DNA from: Verrucomicrobiaceae bacterium
Lineage (GTDB): Bacteria > Verrucomicrobiota > Verrucomicrobiia > Verrucomicrobiales > Akkermansiaceae
Direction: 5' to 3'
DNA: 64,000 bases
NCBI GenBank assembly: GCA_051252135.1
Contig: JBPOGH010000003.1
Coordinates: 1 to 64,000, forward strand
The number at the start of each line of letters is the position of its first letter. Within the stretch, counting starts at the first letter, position 1. Below are positions 28,318 to 39,228 of this stretch, piece after piece. Both the position numbers and the translations under genes were made by a program. Below the pieces are notes generated by a model, which did not search any database, was not told where the DNA came from, and was given only the letters and a program-made list of their open reading frames with translations.

Positions 28318-31300
28318 ATGACCCCAGCTGATCTGCCTCGTAAGAGCCTCCTTTTCATCTCCTCGCTCCTCCTCGGCATGTCCGTCACTCGGGCCAACAC
28401 CATCCTCTTCTACGATAGCGATGGCGCAAACAACCTCAGCCGCATCGCCTCCCAGACCGATGCCGCATTCGTCACCAGCTCGGATGCCACCACCTCGCTC
28501 GGAACCGCCGCCAGCTACCACAGCACCCACGCCAGCCAATCCCACACCGTCACCCTCGGAAGCCAAAACGACCTCCAGTTCAACTTCGGCACCGGCATTG
28601 TCAACGGCACCGCCCGGGAATCCTTCGACAACGGCATCTGGCTCGGCACCTCTTTCGTCGCCGCCCAACATCTCGCTCTCGATGAGATCTCCTTCAATCT
28701 CTACAACAACTCAAATAGCGGATCCAGCTACTCCGCGCGCGATGTCGCCGCCTTCGTCAGCATCGGCACCTCCGGCATCTTCACCCAATTCGGAACCACG
28801 CACGATACCACCACCGGAAACGGCAACCAGGGCACCATCACCTTCACCGATTCCTTCTCCGCCTTCCTCGGCCAGACCGTTCACATCCGCCTCGCCTTCA
28901 CCGCCCGCACCCGCCCCAATCAGGACGGCCAAGGAGCCACCCGCGTCGGCAGCCTGAATATCTCCGCCATCCCCGGCACCGGCCCCACCCTCACCGTCGA
29001 TACCACCCTTCCCGCCTCCGGCCCGGTGAGCCATCCTGATAACACCAGCTACACCACCACCTTCGGAGCCTTCTCCGCCAACCCCTACTTCGCCCGCGGC
29101 CAAACTTTCACCACCGCAGACACCGGCGACGCCAACACCCAATGGAATGTCACCGAAATCGCCCTCCGCTCGAAAGCCCTCCGCAATTTCGGCCCCGGCG
29201 ACAACATCCGCCTCTGGGTCTTCGAATGGCTCCCCTCCGCCAATGCCAATGACGATTCCAACTGGACCACCAACGCCGGCCTCGTCGAAAGCGATGGCCT
29301 CAGCGATGGCGACCCGCTCGACGGCACCACCATGGGCGCCGTTCTCGTAGATGGCCTCGATTACTCCCTCCCCGCCTCCATCGCCGATGGCGACTACCTC
29401 CATTTCGGAATCCCCAACGCCCTCACCCTCAACGAGAACTCTGCTTACGGCACCTTCTTCGAGTTCATCGATGCCGATGGAGCCACCGGAGACACCGACG
29501 TCCGCCTCGGCATCGGAAACGCCTCCTACCCAGGCGGCTCCATGCTCCGCACCACTGACACCACCAACACCTCCTTCACCCAGGACCTCACCCTCTTCGT
29601 CTCCGGCACCCCCATCCCCGGCCCGCCATCCAGCGACCTCTCCCTCGCCTCCCCCTTCCAGGAGGGCATGATCCTCCAACGAGACAAACCCATCAACATC
29701 TGGGGCAACGCCCTCCCTTCAACCCCCGTCTCCGTCACCATTGATGGAAATAACGTCACCGGAAACTCCAACTCCACCGGCGCCTGGAAGCTCGAACTCC
29801 CATCCCTCACCGCCGGCGGCCCCCACACCCTCACCGTCACCAGCGGCCTGGAAACCATCACCCTCACCGACGTCCTCATCGGCGACGTCTGGTTCGCCTT
29901 CGGCCAGTCCAACATGGTCCGCCCCCTCAGCGAGATGGACAACGCCTCCTTCTACACCAGCGCCATCACCGGCGGAGACCTCCCCATCCGCTGCCTGAAA
30001 ATCACCCAACGCGCCGCCACCTCACCCCAGGACTCGGGCTCCATGACCTGGCTCAATAACAGCAACCCCGGCTCATGGACCTCCGTCGGCGCCGTCTTCG
30101 CCTACCGCATGCACCAGGCCACCGGCGTCCCCACCGCCATCATCTGGGCCGCCTGGGGAAGCACCTCCATCGAAGGCTGGATGCCCCTCGAAATGACCGC
30201 CCAATTCCCGCACTTCGATGCCATCATGGACGACTACTACGCCAACGACCAAGCCAACGTCATCGCCCAACTCAACGGCACCCAAATCTACAACGACGTC
30301 TACATCCGCACCCGTCCCAACATCGTCTACAACCAGATGGTCCACCCCCTCCTCCCCTTCGGCATCTCCGGATTCCTTTGGTATCAGGGCGAGTCAAATG
30401 CCGGCACTATCGAAAACTGCGCCCAATACGGTTTCACTCTCCCCGCCTTCGTCACCGAATACCGCCAACGCTTCGCCCAAGGCGATCTCCCCTTCCTCGG
30501 CGTCCAACTCCCCTCCGTCACCCGCACCCTCTGGCCCTGGTTCCGCGAAGCCCAGGACCAACTCACCACCATCCCCAACGCCCACATCGCCGTCACTCTC
30601 GATACCGGAAGCACCGCCGGAAACGTCCACCCGCTCGATAAAGAACCCATCGGAATCCGCCTCTCTCTCCTTGCCCGGAAGTATCAGCAAAACGAAGCCA
30701 TCGAAGCCCACGGTCCCCGCTTCTCCTCCCTCGCCCTCTCCGGAAACCAAGCCACCATCACTTTCACCAATGCCACCGGCCTTACCGTCTCAGGCGCCTC
30801 CGGCACTCCCGCCACCTTCGAGCTCGCCGGAACCGACCAGTTCTTCCACCCCGCCACCTCCGCCACCATCGGCGGAAACACCGTCACCATCAGCTCCTCC
30901 TCCGAGCCCAACCCCGTCGCCGTCCGCTACGCCTGGTCCCCCGCTCCCAAGGACCAACTCAATCTCGTCAACAGCGACAACCTCCCCGCCGCCCCCTTCC
31001 GCACCGACTCCTTCCCCCTCCCCGGACTCGGCGCCCAAGCCCCTCAAAGCATCAACGACGCCTTCGACACCCCCCGCGACCAAACCCTCAACGTCCCCGC
31101 ACCCGGAATCCTCGCAAATGACATCGACCTCAACCGCGACCCCCTTAACCCCACTCTCCTTACCGACGTCAGCTTCGGCACCCTCGCCCTCCTCCCCGAT
31201 GGCTCCTTCACCTACAGCCCCGACCATGGCTACGCCGGTCCCGACTCCTTCACCTACCGCATCAACGACGGAGCCCTCAACTCAGCGGAAGCCACCGTCA

Positions 31301-31680
31301 CCCTCAACGTCACCGGACAAAGCACCCGCTACTACCTCTGGAAATCCGCCATCACCTGGGGTGCAAATGACGACTCCCTCACCGCCGATCCCGATGGCGA
31401 TGGCACCATCAACTTCCTCGAGTTCGCTTTCGACCTCGATCCCCTCGTTCCTTCAGCCGCCGGCCTCCCCACCTACACCCAAAACGGCGCCGACACCTCC
31501 TACCAATTCAACAACGCCCAACCCGGCCTCACCTACGAAATCCTCCTCTCCCCCGACCTCGAAACCTGGTCCGACCCACCCTTCGCCACCCTCACCAGCG
31601 CCGACCCCACCCCCGTCACCATCCCCGCAAACCAAGCCGCCAACGGCAATCTCTTCATCCGCCTCCGCGTCTCCGAATAA
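28318..31680 (+). CDS. Multidomain secreted sialate O-acetylesterase (SASA/SGNH) family protein with N-terminal PEP-CTERM-paralog domain and Ig-like domain
   Basis: GDVWFAFGQSNM, WYQGESNA, NVHP.DK, VAVRYAW, LPAAPFRTD; ILANDID..DGSFTY.P Ig/cadherin-like repeat; DPDGDG. Confidence 0.88.
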   Translation: MTPADLPRKSLLFISSLLLGMSVTRANTILFYDSDGANNLSRIASQTDAAFVTSSDATTSLGTAASYHSTHASQSHTVTLGSQNDLQFNFGTGIVNGTARESFDNGIWLGTSFVAAQHLALDEISFNLYNNSNSGSSYSARDVAAFVSIGTSGIFTQFGTTHDTTTGNGNQGTITFTDSFSAFLGQTVHIRLAFTARTRPNQDGQGATRVGSLNISAIPGTGPTLTVDTTLPASGPVSHPDNTSYTTTFGAFSANPYFARGQTFTTADTGDANTQWNVTEIALRSKALRNFGPGDNIRLWVFEWLPSANANDDSNWTTNAGLVESDGLSDGDPLDGTTMGAVLVDGLDYSLPASIADGDYLHFGIPNALTLNENSAYGTFFEFIDADGATGDTDVRLGIGNASYPGGSMLRTTDTTNTSFTQDLTLFVSGTPIPGPPSSDLSLASPFQEGMILQRDKPINIWGNALPSTPVSVTIDGNNVTGNSNSTGAWKLELPSLTAGGPHTLTVTSGLETITLTDVLIGDVWFAFGQSNMVRPLSEMDNASFYTSAITGGDLPIRCLKITQRAATSPQDSGSMTWLNNSNPGSWTSVGAVFAYRMHQATGVPTAIIWAAWGSTSIEGWMPLEMTAQFPHFDAIMDDYYANDQANVIAQLNGTQIYNDVYIRTRPNIVYNQMVHPLLPFGISGFLWYQGESNAGTIENCAQYGFTLPAFVTEYRQRFAQGDLPFLGVQLPSVTRTLWPWFREAQDQLTTIPNAHIAVTLDTGSTAGNVHPLDKEPIGIRLSLLARKYQQNEAIEAHGPRFSSLALSGNQATITFTNATGLTVSGASGTPATFELAGTDQFFHPATSATIGGNTVTISSSSEPNPVAVRYAWSPAPKDQLNLVNSDNLPAAPFRTDSFPLPGLGAQAPQSINDAFDTPRDQTLNVPAPGILANDIDLNRDPLNPTLLTDVSFGTLALLPDGSFTYSPDHGYAGPDSFTYRINDGALNSAEATVTLNVTGQSTRYYLWKSAITWGANDDSLTADPDGDGTINFLEFAFDLDPLVPSAAGLPTYTQNGADTSYQFNNAQPGLTYEILLSPDLETWSDPPFATLTSADPTPVTIPANQAANGNLFIRLRVSE

Positions 31681-31703
31681 CCACCCGCAGAAAAAGAATC
31701 TCC

Positions 31704-31737
31704 AAAAGCTCCCCCCAATAAAGGCGGGAGCTTTTTT
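31704..31737 (+). terminator. Intrinsic terminator
   Basis: AAAAGCTCCC..GGGAGCTTTTTT. Confidence 0.8.
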
Positions 31738-31819
31738 GTGCCCACCCTTCCCCAAAAAATAAAATTCAAACTCCGCCCCCCTCCCCACATTCCCCCCTCA
31801 ACCGATCCTCTCAAATTTC

Positions 31820-33448
31820 GTGATCAAATCTCAAATTTCAACTCTCCTCTCTCTCCTTCTCTTAAGTTCGTGTTCATTGTTCGCTGCTCAGAGTTCAACC
31901 CGCCCCAACATCATTCTCATCTACGCCGACGACATCTCCGCCCGCGAACTCCCCATCTACGGCTCCTCCACTTGGTCCAAACCCACCGGCGGCGACACCA
32001 CCGATCCCCAATTCCGCGCCCACACCCCCGTCCTCGACCAACTCGCCCGGGAAGGCTGTTACGTCACCAACGCCTGGGCCTCCGTCGTCTGCTCCCCCAG
32101 CCGCGCCATGATGATGACCGGCCGCTTCGCCCACCTCCACAAATGGTGGAATAATAGAAACGTCGGCAGCTACCTCGACGAAAACGGCAAGCCCGCCAAG
32201 TGGCCCCTCTACAAATCCTCCCCCGAACTCCTCATCGGCCACGTCGCCCAAAAAGGCGGCTACCAAACCTACTGGTCCGGCAAAACCCAAATGCCCGGCG
32301 ACCTCACCGCCTACGGCTTCCACGAGGGCTGCTTCACCCCCGGCAACCTCTCCGACACCGATAACCCCTTCACCGATTTCAAGCACTACTACAAAAAGAT
32401 CGACGGCGAGCGCATCCTCTTCAACTCCGACACCGACCTCCCCGTCGACACCTACCAGCAGCACGGCTGGTATTTCTACCCCCACGTCCGCCTCATGAAT
32501 CACGGCGGAAAAAGCGGCCTCCAGTGGTGGCCCAACACCCCCGGGTCCATCGCCGACTTCGGCCCACACACCTACGGACCCGACGTCGAGCTCGACTTCA
32601 TCTTCGACTACATGGAGCGCCAAAAGGCCGCCGACAAACCCTTCTTCATCTACCACACCAGCCACCTCGGCCACGACGCCTTCGACTGGCTCAACCCCGC
32701 CTCCACCAGCAAATGGCCCGGCACCCCCGTCATCAAGTGGGACGGCAAAAAATACACCCGCACCCAGCCCAAGATCACCGGCGACAAGGGCGTCTATGAC
32801 ACCCACGGCACCGTCACCCCCTCCGGCATCCACCACCACGTCAACTACCTAGACTACCAGGTCTCCCTCTACCGCAACAAGCTCGAGGAAATGGACATCG
32901 CCGATAACACCATCCTCATCTTCTGCGCTGACAACGGCACCTCCGGCTACGGCAAGAACTCCAGCGACCGCTCCAAGGGCGTCCACGTCCCCCTCATCAT
33001 CCTCGCCCCCGGCATGACCAGGCACGGCCGACAGGACGTCCAGGTCTCCATGGCCGACTTCCTTCCTACCATCGCAGAAATCGCCAAGGTCGACCTCCCG
33101 GCCGACTTCGAGATCAACGGCAAGTCCCTCGTTCCCTTCCTCTTCGGTCAGGAAAAAAGTCACCGCGACTTCCTCTACGGCTACAACTCCGCCGACCAAA
33201 TTGTCCGCGGCTCCCTCGTCATGAAGGACGGTAAGGACCGATGGTGGGACGTCTCCCGAACCCCCGCCGACCTCATCTCCTTTCCCCAAATCACCGACTG
33301 GTCAAAAATCACCCCCGGGCACCACGCCGAGCGCGACCGTCTCATCGAGACCATCAAACCCTTCAGCATGAAACTCACCGGCCGCGATGCCCCCGGCTTC
33401 ATCCCCAAAAACACTCCACAACCCAAGCCCAATAAGGAGAGCGGATAA
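31820..33448 (+). CDS. Sulfatase (S1, Cys-type)
   Basis: PNIILIYADD; CSPSRAMMMTGR; ADNG. Confidence 0.92.
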   Translation: MIKSQISTLLSLLLLSSCSLFAAQSSTRPNIILIYADDISARELPIYGSSTWSKPTGGDTTDPQFRAHTPVLDQLAREGCYVTNAWASVVCSPSRAMMMTGRFAHLHKWWNNRNVGSYLDENGKPAKWPLYKSSPELLIGHVAQKGGYQTYWSGKTQMPGDLTAYGFHEGCFTPGNLSDTDNPFTDFKHYYKKIDGERILFNSDTDLPVDTYQQHGWYFYPHVRLMNHGGKSGLQWWPNTPGSIADFGPHTYGPDVELDFIFDYMERQKAADKPFFIYHTSHLGHDAFDWLNPASTSKWPGTPVIKWDGKKYTRTQPKITGDKGVYDTHGTVTPSGIHHHVNYLDYQVSLYRNKLEEMDIADNTILIFCADNGTSGYGKNSSDRSKGVHVPLIILAPGMTRHGRQDVQVSMADFLPTIAEIAKVDLPADFEINGKSLVPFLFGQEKSHRDFLYGYNSADQIVRGSLVMKDGKDRWWDVSRTPADLISFPQITDWSKITPGHHAERDRLIETIKPFSMKLTGRDAPGFIPKNTPQPKPNKESG

Positions 33449-33669
33449 AATGCCCTAGGGGACATTCCTTTCCGATTCCCCCAACCAAGCTACTCAACCT
33501 CTCTACTGCCCTGCGGCTCTGCGTGAGCCCCTCATCAGCCACCATTCCGTCTTACTTCTTCTCACGAAATCGAGCTTAGCTGAACAGCATTCGATTCAAT
33601 CCCGAAAACGAAGTTCGCACCAAGGACATTCAAAAATCTTTAGAACCACCCCTCAACCCAAGTACCGCA

Positions 33670-35271
33670 ATGATTGATAAGAGCTTACTCCCACTCGTCG
33701 CCTGTATTGGCTTCGCCTGCACTTCTTACGCAGAACAGCCGAATGTTTTGCTCATTATGGTCGACGACTTGAACGACTATACTGGCTACCTGGGCGGCCA
33801 CCCACAGGCGATCACGCCGAACATGGACGCGCTGGCAGCGAGCGGCACCCGCTTCGTCAATGCACACACGAACGCGCCGATCTGTGCACCCTCCCGGGCG
33901 AGCTTGTTCACAGGGGTGTATCCACACACCTCACACAACTACTGGTTCGATGAATGGAATGAGAACGAGGTGCTCAAGAACTGTAAACCTCTGGGCCAGT
34001 TCATGAAGGACAACGGCTACCAAACCTACGGCACAGGCAAGTTGATGCACACACCGTATTTAGACAACTGGACCGAGCATGGCATCGATAATTACCCCGG
34101 ACCGTTTCCGTTCGATGGAAAAAAGCCGACCGGCCACCCATCCATACCAGAGCCATTTCGTAACTTGGGCCAGATCGATGGCGTTTACGCCTCCCTCGCA
34201 GACGTCCCCAATGTGCCTGCTTCAGGCGACCGCCCTGGGCACAATGGCTGGGTCATCAATTGGAGAACACCTTTCAAATACGTCAGCGAAGACGACCGCG
34301 ACCTAATGAATGATGAGATTCAAGCGAACTGGACCATCGAACGCATGCAAAAGTTGGCAAAGCAAAAGGACGACAAGCCATTCTTCCTCGCAGTTGGATT
34401 CATTCGCCCACACACGCCGCTCGTTGCACCACAGAAGTATTTCGACATGTATCCGTTGGAAACATTGAAACTCGCGCCCATTAAGGAGAACGATCGCGAC
34501 GATACATATTTTGAAACCATTCTACAGAGCTGGACTCCAAAATGGTATAGTCACTACAGTCTCATGACTGAGTCTTATGAAGATGTGAATGAGGGCCTAC
34601 TCAAGCACCTTCAAGCCTACCTTGCCTGTGTCACTTTCGTAGATGATCAAGTCGGCAAAGTCTTAGATGCACTCGAAAAGAGCCCGTTTAAAGACAACAC
34701 CATCGTGATCCTGGCCAGCGACCATGGCTATCACCAAGGCGAGAAACAATATCTCTACAAAAACTCCCTGTGGGAAGAAGCCACACGCGTGCCTTTGATC
34801 ATCCGCACTCCAGCGATCGAAGGAAGCGCGGGGCAGACAATCGAGCACCCTGTCGCACTCATCGATATCTACCCAACGATCGCTGACTTATGTGGCCTTG
34901 CTGACAAGGACAACAAGCTCAATAAAAACGGTGTCTCATTGGATGGCCACAGCTTGAAGCCATTCCTCAAAGAAGGTGAAAATGCAGAATGGAGCGGCCC
35001 CGACGTCGCACTAACAATGGTCATGACACCTCGGCCTAAGGAAGATCCAATTGAGCACAGCTACGCAGCGCGTTCTAAAGATTATCGCTACATTTCCTAT
35101 GTCAGCGGCAGGGAAGAGCTCTACGACCACACCAATGATCCTAGAGAATGGACCAATCAGGCGGACAACCCCCAGTACGCTGAAATCAAAGCTGAGTTAA
35201 AAGGGCAAATCGAAGCACTCGTCGGCGGCGATCTCGATCAAAGAACCTTCGAACCAACTCGCACAAAGTGA
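33670..35271 (+). CDS. Sulfatase (S1, iduronate-2-sulfatase-like)
   Basis: PNVLLIMVDDL; CAPSRASLFTG; RPHTP; SDHGYH.GEK. Confidence 0.94.
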   Translation: MIDKSLLPLVACIGFACTSYAEQPNVLLIMVDDLNDYTGYLGGHPQAITPNMDALAASGTRFVNAHTNAPICAPSRASLFTGVYPHTSHNYWFDEWNENEVLKNCKPLGQFMKDNGYQTYGTGKLMHTPYLDNWTEHGIDNYPGPFPFDGKKPTGHPSIPEPFRNLGQIDGVYASLADVPNVPASGDRPGHNGWVINWRTPFKYVSEDDRDLMNDEIQANWTIERMQKLAKQKDDKPFFLAVGFIRPHTPLVAPQKYFDMYPLETLKLAPIKENDRDDTYFETILQSWTPKWYSHYSLMTESYEDVNEGLLKHLQAYLACVTFVDDQVGKVLDALEKSPFKDNTIVILASDHGYHQGEKQYLYKNSLWEEATRVPLIIRTPAIEGSAGQTIEHPVALIDIYPTIADLCGLADKDNKLNKNGVSLDGHSLKPFLKEGENAEWSGPDVALTMVMTPRPKEDPIEHSYAARSKDYRYISYVSGREELYDHTNDPREWTNQADNPQYAEIKAELKGQIEALVGGDLDQRTFEPTRTK

Positions 35272-35294
35272 TTGCACAATGAGGGGGCGGACCG

Positions 35295-35547
35295 GAATGG
35301 CACGTAGTTAAGGGCGATTTCAAGGGATTCGGAAAGGAGTCGCGGCGCCCTCGCCGCTTGGATGGTCGGGTCTTTGGGTGACAAAAGGAGAGACTTGGCT
35401 GAAGGCACGCGAAACCAAGCGGCAGGGGCACGGCAAATCATCACCTTGGAAAAATCTATCTCGCCGGGAATGCCATCACACGCCCCTTAAGCCGGTGGTT
35501 TCACGGAGAAATCTAGAGCTAAAAAATCGCTTAACTATGTGCCATTC
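35295..35547. mobile_element. MITE / non-autonomous IS remnant with IS4-like ends
   Basis: Terminal inverted repeats GAATGGCACGTAGTTAAG (35295-35312) and CTTAACTATGTGCCATTC (35530-35547), 17/18 match; no transposase; no obvious target duplication. Confidence 0.65.
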
Positions 35548-35633
35548 GAGACAAACCTTTTATAGGTTATGCATTAGTCAGGCTCCCTTTCGGTCGGTTA
35601 GCCTGTAGACCTCATCCTGGGTCTCAAAGCCGC

Positions 35634-35828
35634 TCAGCGCCCACTTTTGCTGCCCTTTCGTTTCTTCTTCACCACGAAACACCGCTTGGCCCAGTCCTGA
35701 TAAAGCGCGCCCATCGTATTTACTTTTGCAGGCATATGCGTAGCCAGGTTATTCAATTCGCTGCGATCCACCTGCATATCGTAGAGCTCCCAGGGCTTTC
35801 TCTTTCCATAGGATGGTTCTCATGCCCC
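35634..35828 (-). pseudogene. 3' fragment of an arylsulfatase gene (copy of 39229-39395)
   Basis: 35651-35800 matches 39246-39395 at 148/150 nt; stop codon position conserved. Confidence 0.9.
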
Positions 35829-35898
35829 TCTCCGCCCAAAGAAGATTTCCAGCAGCCAGTCCCCTATGACTGGAAAATGAGATCGAGAAGTAAGGCCT

Positions 35899-36252
35899 CT
35901 ATGTTTTGACGGCCGCGACCACTGAGATCTCCACCAAGAGTTCCGCCCGTGCCATCCGAGCCTCCACACAGGCTCGCGCGGGCGCATATCCTTCTGGCAC
36001 CCAATCGTCCCAAACGGCATTCATGGCGGCAAAATCCTTCATGTCCCGCACATAGAGGGTTGCGGAAAGAAGGTGCTCCCGATCGGAGCCAGACTGAAGC
36101 AGTAGCTCATCCACTTTTTCAAGCATCGTGGCGGTCTGTTCCGTGATCCCTTTGCTGGAATCTTTAGCGACCTGTCCGCACAAATAAATGGTATCGTTGT
36201 GAATGACAACGCGGCTCATCCGCGGCTTTGTCTCCTGTCGCTGAATGCTCAT
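35899..36252 (-). CDS. RidA/YjgF family protein (YoaB-like)
   Basis: [35 protein letters not shown]. Confidence 0.92.
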   Translation of the reverse strand: MSIQRQETKPRMSRVVIHNDTIYLCGQVAKDSSKGITEQTATMLEKVDELLLQSGSDREHLLSATLYVRDMKDFAAMNAVWDDWVPEGYAPARACVEARMARAELLVEISVVAAVKT

Positions 36253-36614
36253 GGCAGGGTCATATCCATTTGGGGCGATCAAGCGAGGGAGAAAGCGGGG
36301 ATCGGCTTGGACTTGTCCGCAGAAGAGGCTGGAGCTACCTCCGCATCTTTTTATTTCACGGTGACTTATTCCGCCAATAATTCGGATAACATCAATTTTT
36401 TTCCAGAGCGAAATGTTGGGCTCGGCGGGACAAATACGCAAGTAGGTGGCAGTGAAGTGCTCACAGTTGCCATGGGAACCCCGTATCCCGGCTCTCTGAA
36501 TCGAAAGCATTTGCCGCCATTGCTGAAAAGCGCCCGGCTTCTCTCCCAAATCGTGCAGCGCACTTCTCAATCGTTGAAAAGACTCATTGGTCTCTTTTGA
36601 AACTCGGAGTGGTC

Positions 36615-39071
36615 TTAGGGGGCAAATTTCACGGAGAAAAAGCGCGCTTGATCGGGAGTAGCAATATCAAAACTTGTGCTAGCCTCGGTAGGGTGTGCGG
36701 GAATGTTTGCGGTGTAAACGGGCCATTGTGATCTCGGGGTGTCAAGAGTCTCACTGGAGACAAGGTCGAAGGTGAGGCCTGGGACGGAAGGCCACGTCAG
36801 ACGAAAATCTCCCGAGGGGGTCTTCGCGTAGGAGGAACGAAAGGTGTCAGCGCGAACGTCGATCTGGAAATTAATGGAGTCTGTGGCCCCATTCTCATCT
36901 TCGACCTCGATGATAAAAGCGTGAGTTCCAAGATCCGCAAGGGACGGTGAACCGGTGAGTAAACCATTGATATCAATGGCGAGCCAAGCCGGGCCAGAGA
37001 TGATGCGATAGGTGAGCGTTTCTCCCGCGAAAGAGGAAGTTGTTAGATTGAGATCGTCGAAGCTACTGGCAATCTGCTCATCGAAATTGAGCGTGATCGA
37101 GGCCTCATTCTGGGAGAAAAAACTGAGGGAGTGTGTCGTGAAGGTGAACACCCCAGCGAGATCTCGGAAGCGCTCGTCGTTGCTGGTAGCAGTGATGGTG
37201 AGAGGATTCGCAATCGAGGGAGGAAATCCGCCGTTGCTCGCAAGGACGAGTGATTCAAGCCCACCTCCGTTTCCAAAGATGTAGGTTCCAGCGGTCCCCC
37301 ACAAATTGTCGAAGCCTTGGAAGTCGTATGAGAACGCTTCGGGGGACCCCGTCACGCGCACGTTTTCAAAAGTGATGCGCAAAGCCTCCCCACTCTGAAG
37401 GAAGCGACCATCAGTCAGCCCTCCAATCTCGATATTCGAAGCTTCGACGAGGGCGTTCGCACCAAGCGTGGCGGTCGACTCGTTTCCGTTGATGGTGAAA
37501 CTTCCGCCAGTGAAGCCTTCCACGCGAATATCCCAAGCGAGGCTATCATCACCTTCTCCGAATGAATCGAGGCTGAGGCCATCGACCGAAAAAGTGTAAA
37601 TGAGATCGTTGCCAATAGTGGCGCGCGTGATGCTCAGATCGGGGTCATTGAGAACAGCATCACCATTAATTTTTCCGCGAGACAAGTCGCCTCGGAGTTC
37701 GTTGAAGCTGAAATTTTGGCTCAGACTCCGGGGAATGACTGGAATTTGGAGTTCCGCTAAATCGACCTCACCCTTGCCGTCGGAAACGAGAAGAGTGAAA
37801 AGGTTGTCGCCAATATGAGACGTCGAAGGCATGCCGGAGAGATCGCCGCTCTCAGTGATAGAAAGCCATCCGGGCCCCTCGATGAGTGCGAAGGTCAGGG
37901 TGTCCCCATCGAGATCGCTCGCGAACTTGGCCACGTTTTCAGTATAGAGCTGGTCAGGGTGCCTCGCGGCAAAGAGATAGCTCTCAGCGCTCAACTCGGG
38001 CGCGACATTGGACTGGCTCATTTCAGTCAAAATCTCCTGAAGTCTGGTCATGGGCGTGGAGCGCAAGACCGACTGACTGTCATTGATATCGAGGTTCCAA
38101 GTCCAAGCTCCTCCCGCATTGAGACAGCGCTCCATCCAATCGGCTCCTTGTTCTGCGCTCCAAACCACAGGTCCGGAATTCCAACGATCCTGCATCGCCA
38201 TAAACATGTGGCCGAGGATGGGTTGCTGGTTGAGGTCGCTGAGGAAGCCGTTCGTTGATGCCTCGATGGGGTAGAGGAGGTAGTCGAGATTGACGGGGTC
38301 ACTGGGGGGCGCTTGGGAGAGAGCAATGGGATGCCCGTCGGCGAAGTCACTGATCCCCCCAAGACCAACATTAAAGGTGATTGTGCTATCTGGATTGTAG
38401 CTGAGGCAAATGTTTTTCAGGAGCGCGGCACTGGACGCGGTGATCGCGTTCGCCCCGTTATCGAACCACCAGCCATCAACGAGAGTTCCGTATCGCTGCG
38501 CGAACTCATCGATAACCACCTCTGCAAAAGCTTGTCGATGGATGTCCTCGTTCACCGAACCATATTCCTGCAAGACGTGAGCCTCCCAGTTGTCCATTGC
38601 TACCGAAGTCCAGACTCCGGCGGTGGGATCATAAACAGCATCGTAGGCTTTCTCGGCGCCGTGTTTGAGCATTGCGGGGCCCTGGGTGGCGACGTAAGCA
38701 ATCACGGGAATCCCTTGGGCCTGAAATGCGGTGGCGAGCTCGCTAAAAAGATCACGACCGCTCGGGGGCGTTGCGGTCGGGTTAATCGAGCTGATGACGG
38801 AATGGGGGGCGATGTAAGTATCTCCGTGTGCGGCGTCGGTGAGATTAAAGAGGACATAACCGACATCAGGAATCGCACTCACCTGAGTGACGAGGGTCGC
38901 GGCATTGAAGTTTTCAACATTGCTCCAATCGGAGGGGTTCGCGACGATGCGAAAACCAACCCCCCATTTTCCCGACATCCAATCGGCTTGGTGTTGGCCT
39001 TGCACTACGGAGCAGAGAATCAACAGGAAAAGCGGAATGAAGAAAATTCTAAAGGAGAATAGAGCCTTCAT
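36615..39071 (-). CDS. Probable GH107 endo-fucoidanase with Ig/cadherin-like repeats
   Basis: [12 protein letters not shown] fits RxxxxxDxxxxD and DFADGH fits DxxxGH, the GH107 motifs; two GP.WL.I...G.L.G.P repeats; signal peptide. Confidence 0.75.
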   Translation of the reverse strand: MKALFSFRIFFIPLFLLILCSVVQGQHQADWMSGKWGVGFRIVANPSDWSNVENFNAATLVTQVSAIPDVGYVLFNLTDAAHGDTYIAPHSVISSINPTATPPSGRDLFSELATAFQAQGIPVIAYVATQGPAMLKHGAEKAYDAVYDPTAGVWTSVAMDNWEAHVLQEYGSVNEDIHRQAFAEVVIDEFAQRYGTLVDGWWFDNGANAITASSAALLKNICLSYNPDSTITFNVGLGGISDFADGHPIALSQAPPSDPVNLDYLLYPIEASTNGFLSDLNQQPILGHMFMAMQDRWNSGPVVWSAEQGADWMERCLNAGGAWTWNLDINDSQSVLRSTPMTRLQEILTEMSQSNVAPELSAESYLFAARHPDQLYTENVAKFASDLDGDTLTFALIEGPGWLSITESGDLSGMPSTSHIGDNLFTLLVSDGKGEVDLAELQIPVIPRSLSQNFSFNELRGDLSRGKINGDAVLNDPDLSITRATIGNDLIYTFSVDGLSLDSFGEGDDSLAWDIRVEGFTGGSFTINGNESTATLGANALVEASNIEIGGLTDGRFLQSGEALRITFENVRVTGSPEAFSYDFQGFDNLWGTAGTYIFGNGGGLESLVLASNGGFPPSIANPLTITATSNDERFRDLAGVFTFTTHSLSFFSQNEASITLNFDEQIASSFDDLNLTTSSFAGETLTYRIISGPAWLAIDINGLLTGSPSLADLGTHAFIIEVEDENGATDSINFQIDVRADTFRSSYAKTPSGDFRLTWPSVPGLTFDLVSSETLDTPRSQWPVYTANIPAHPTEASTSFDIATPDQARFFSVKFAP

Positions 39072-39228
39072 GAGAAAGAAGTTACGAGGGTTCTATCGAT
39101 TTCCGGGAGACGAAAAGCAAGCCCATTCGATGACCTGGAAGCAGAAAAAAATATATGTAACACTGCTTCGAATTTAAATAGAGATGAACGAGTTTAGGGG
39201 AGGTTTGTAAGAAGCCAGCCACTTCGAC

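Noticed and set aside
33500..33532. CTGCGGCTCTGCGTGAG REP-like sequence
   Set aside because: Only one copy noticed; cannot be supported as a repeat family
36253..36570. N-terminal extension of RidA in the ORF track (223 aa)
   Set aside because: Family similarity begins at ATG 36252; the extension looks non-coding on that strand
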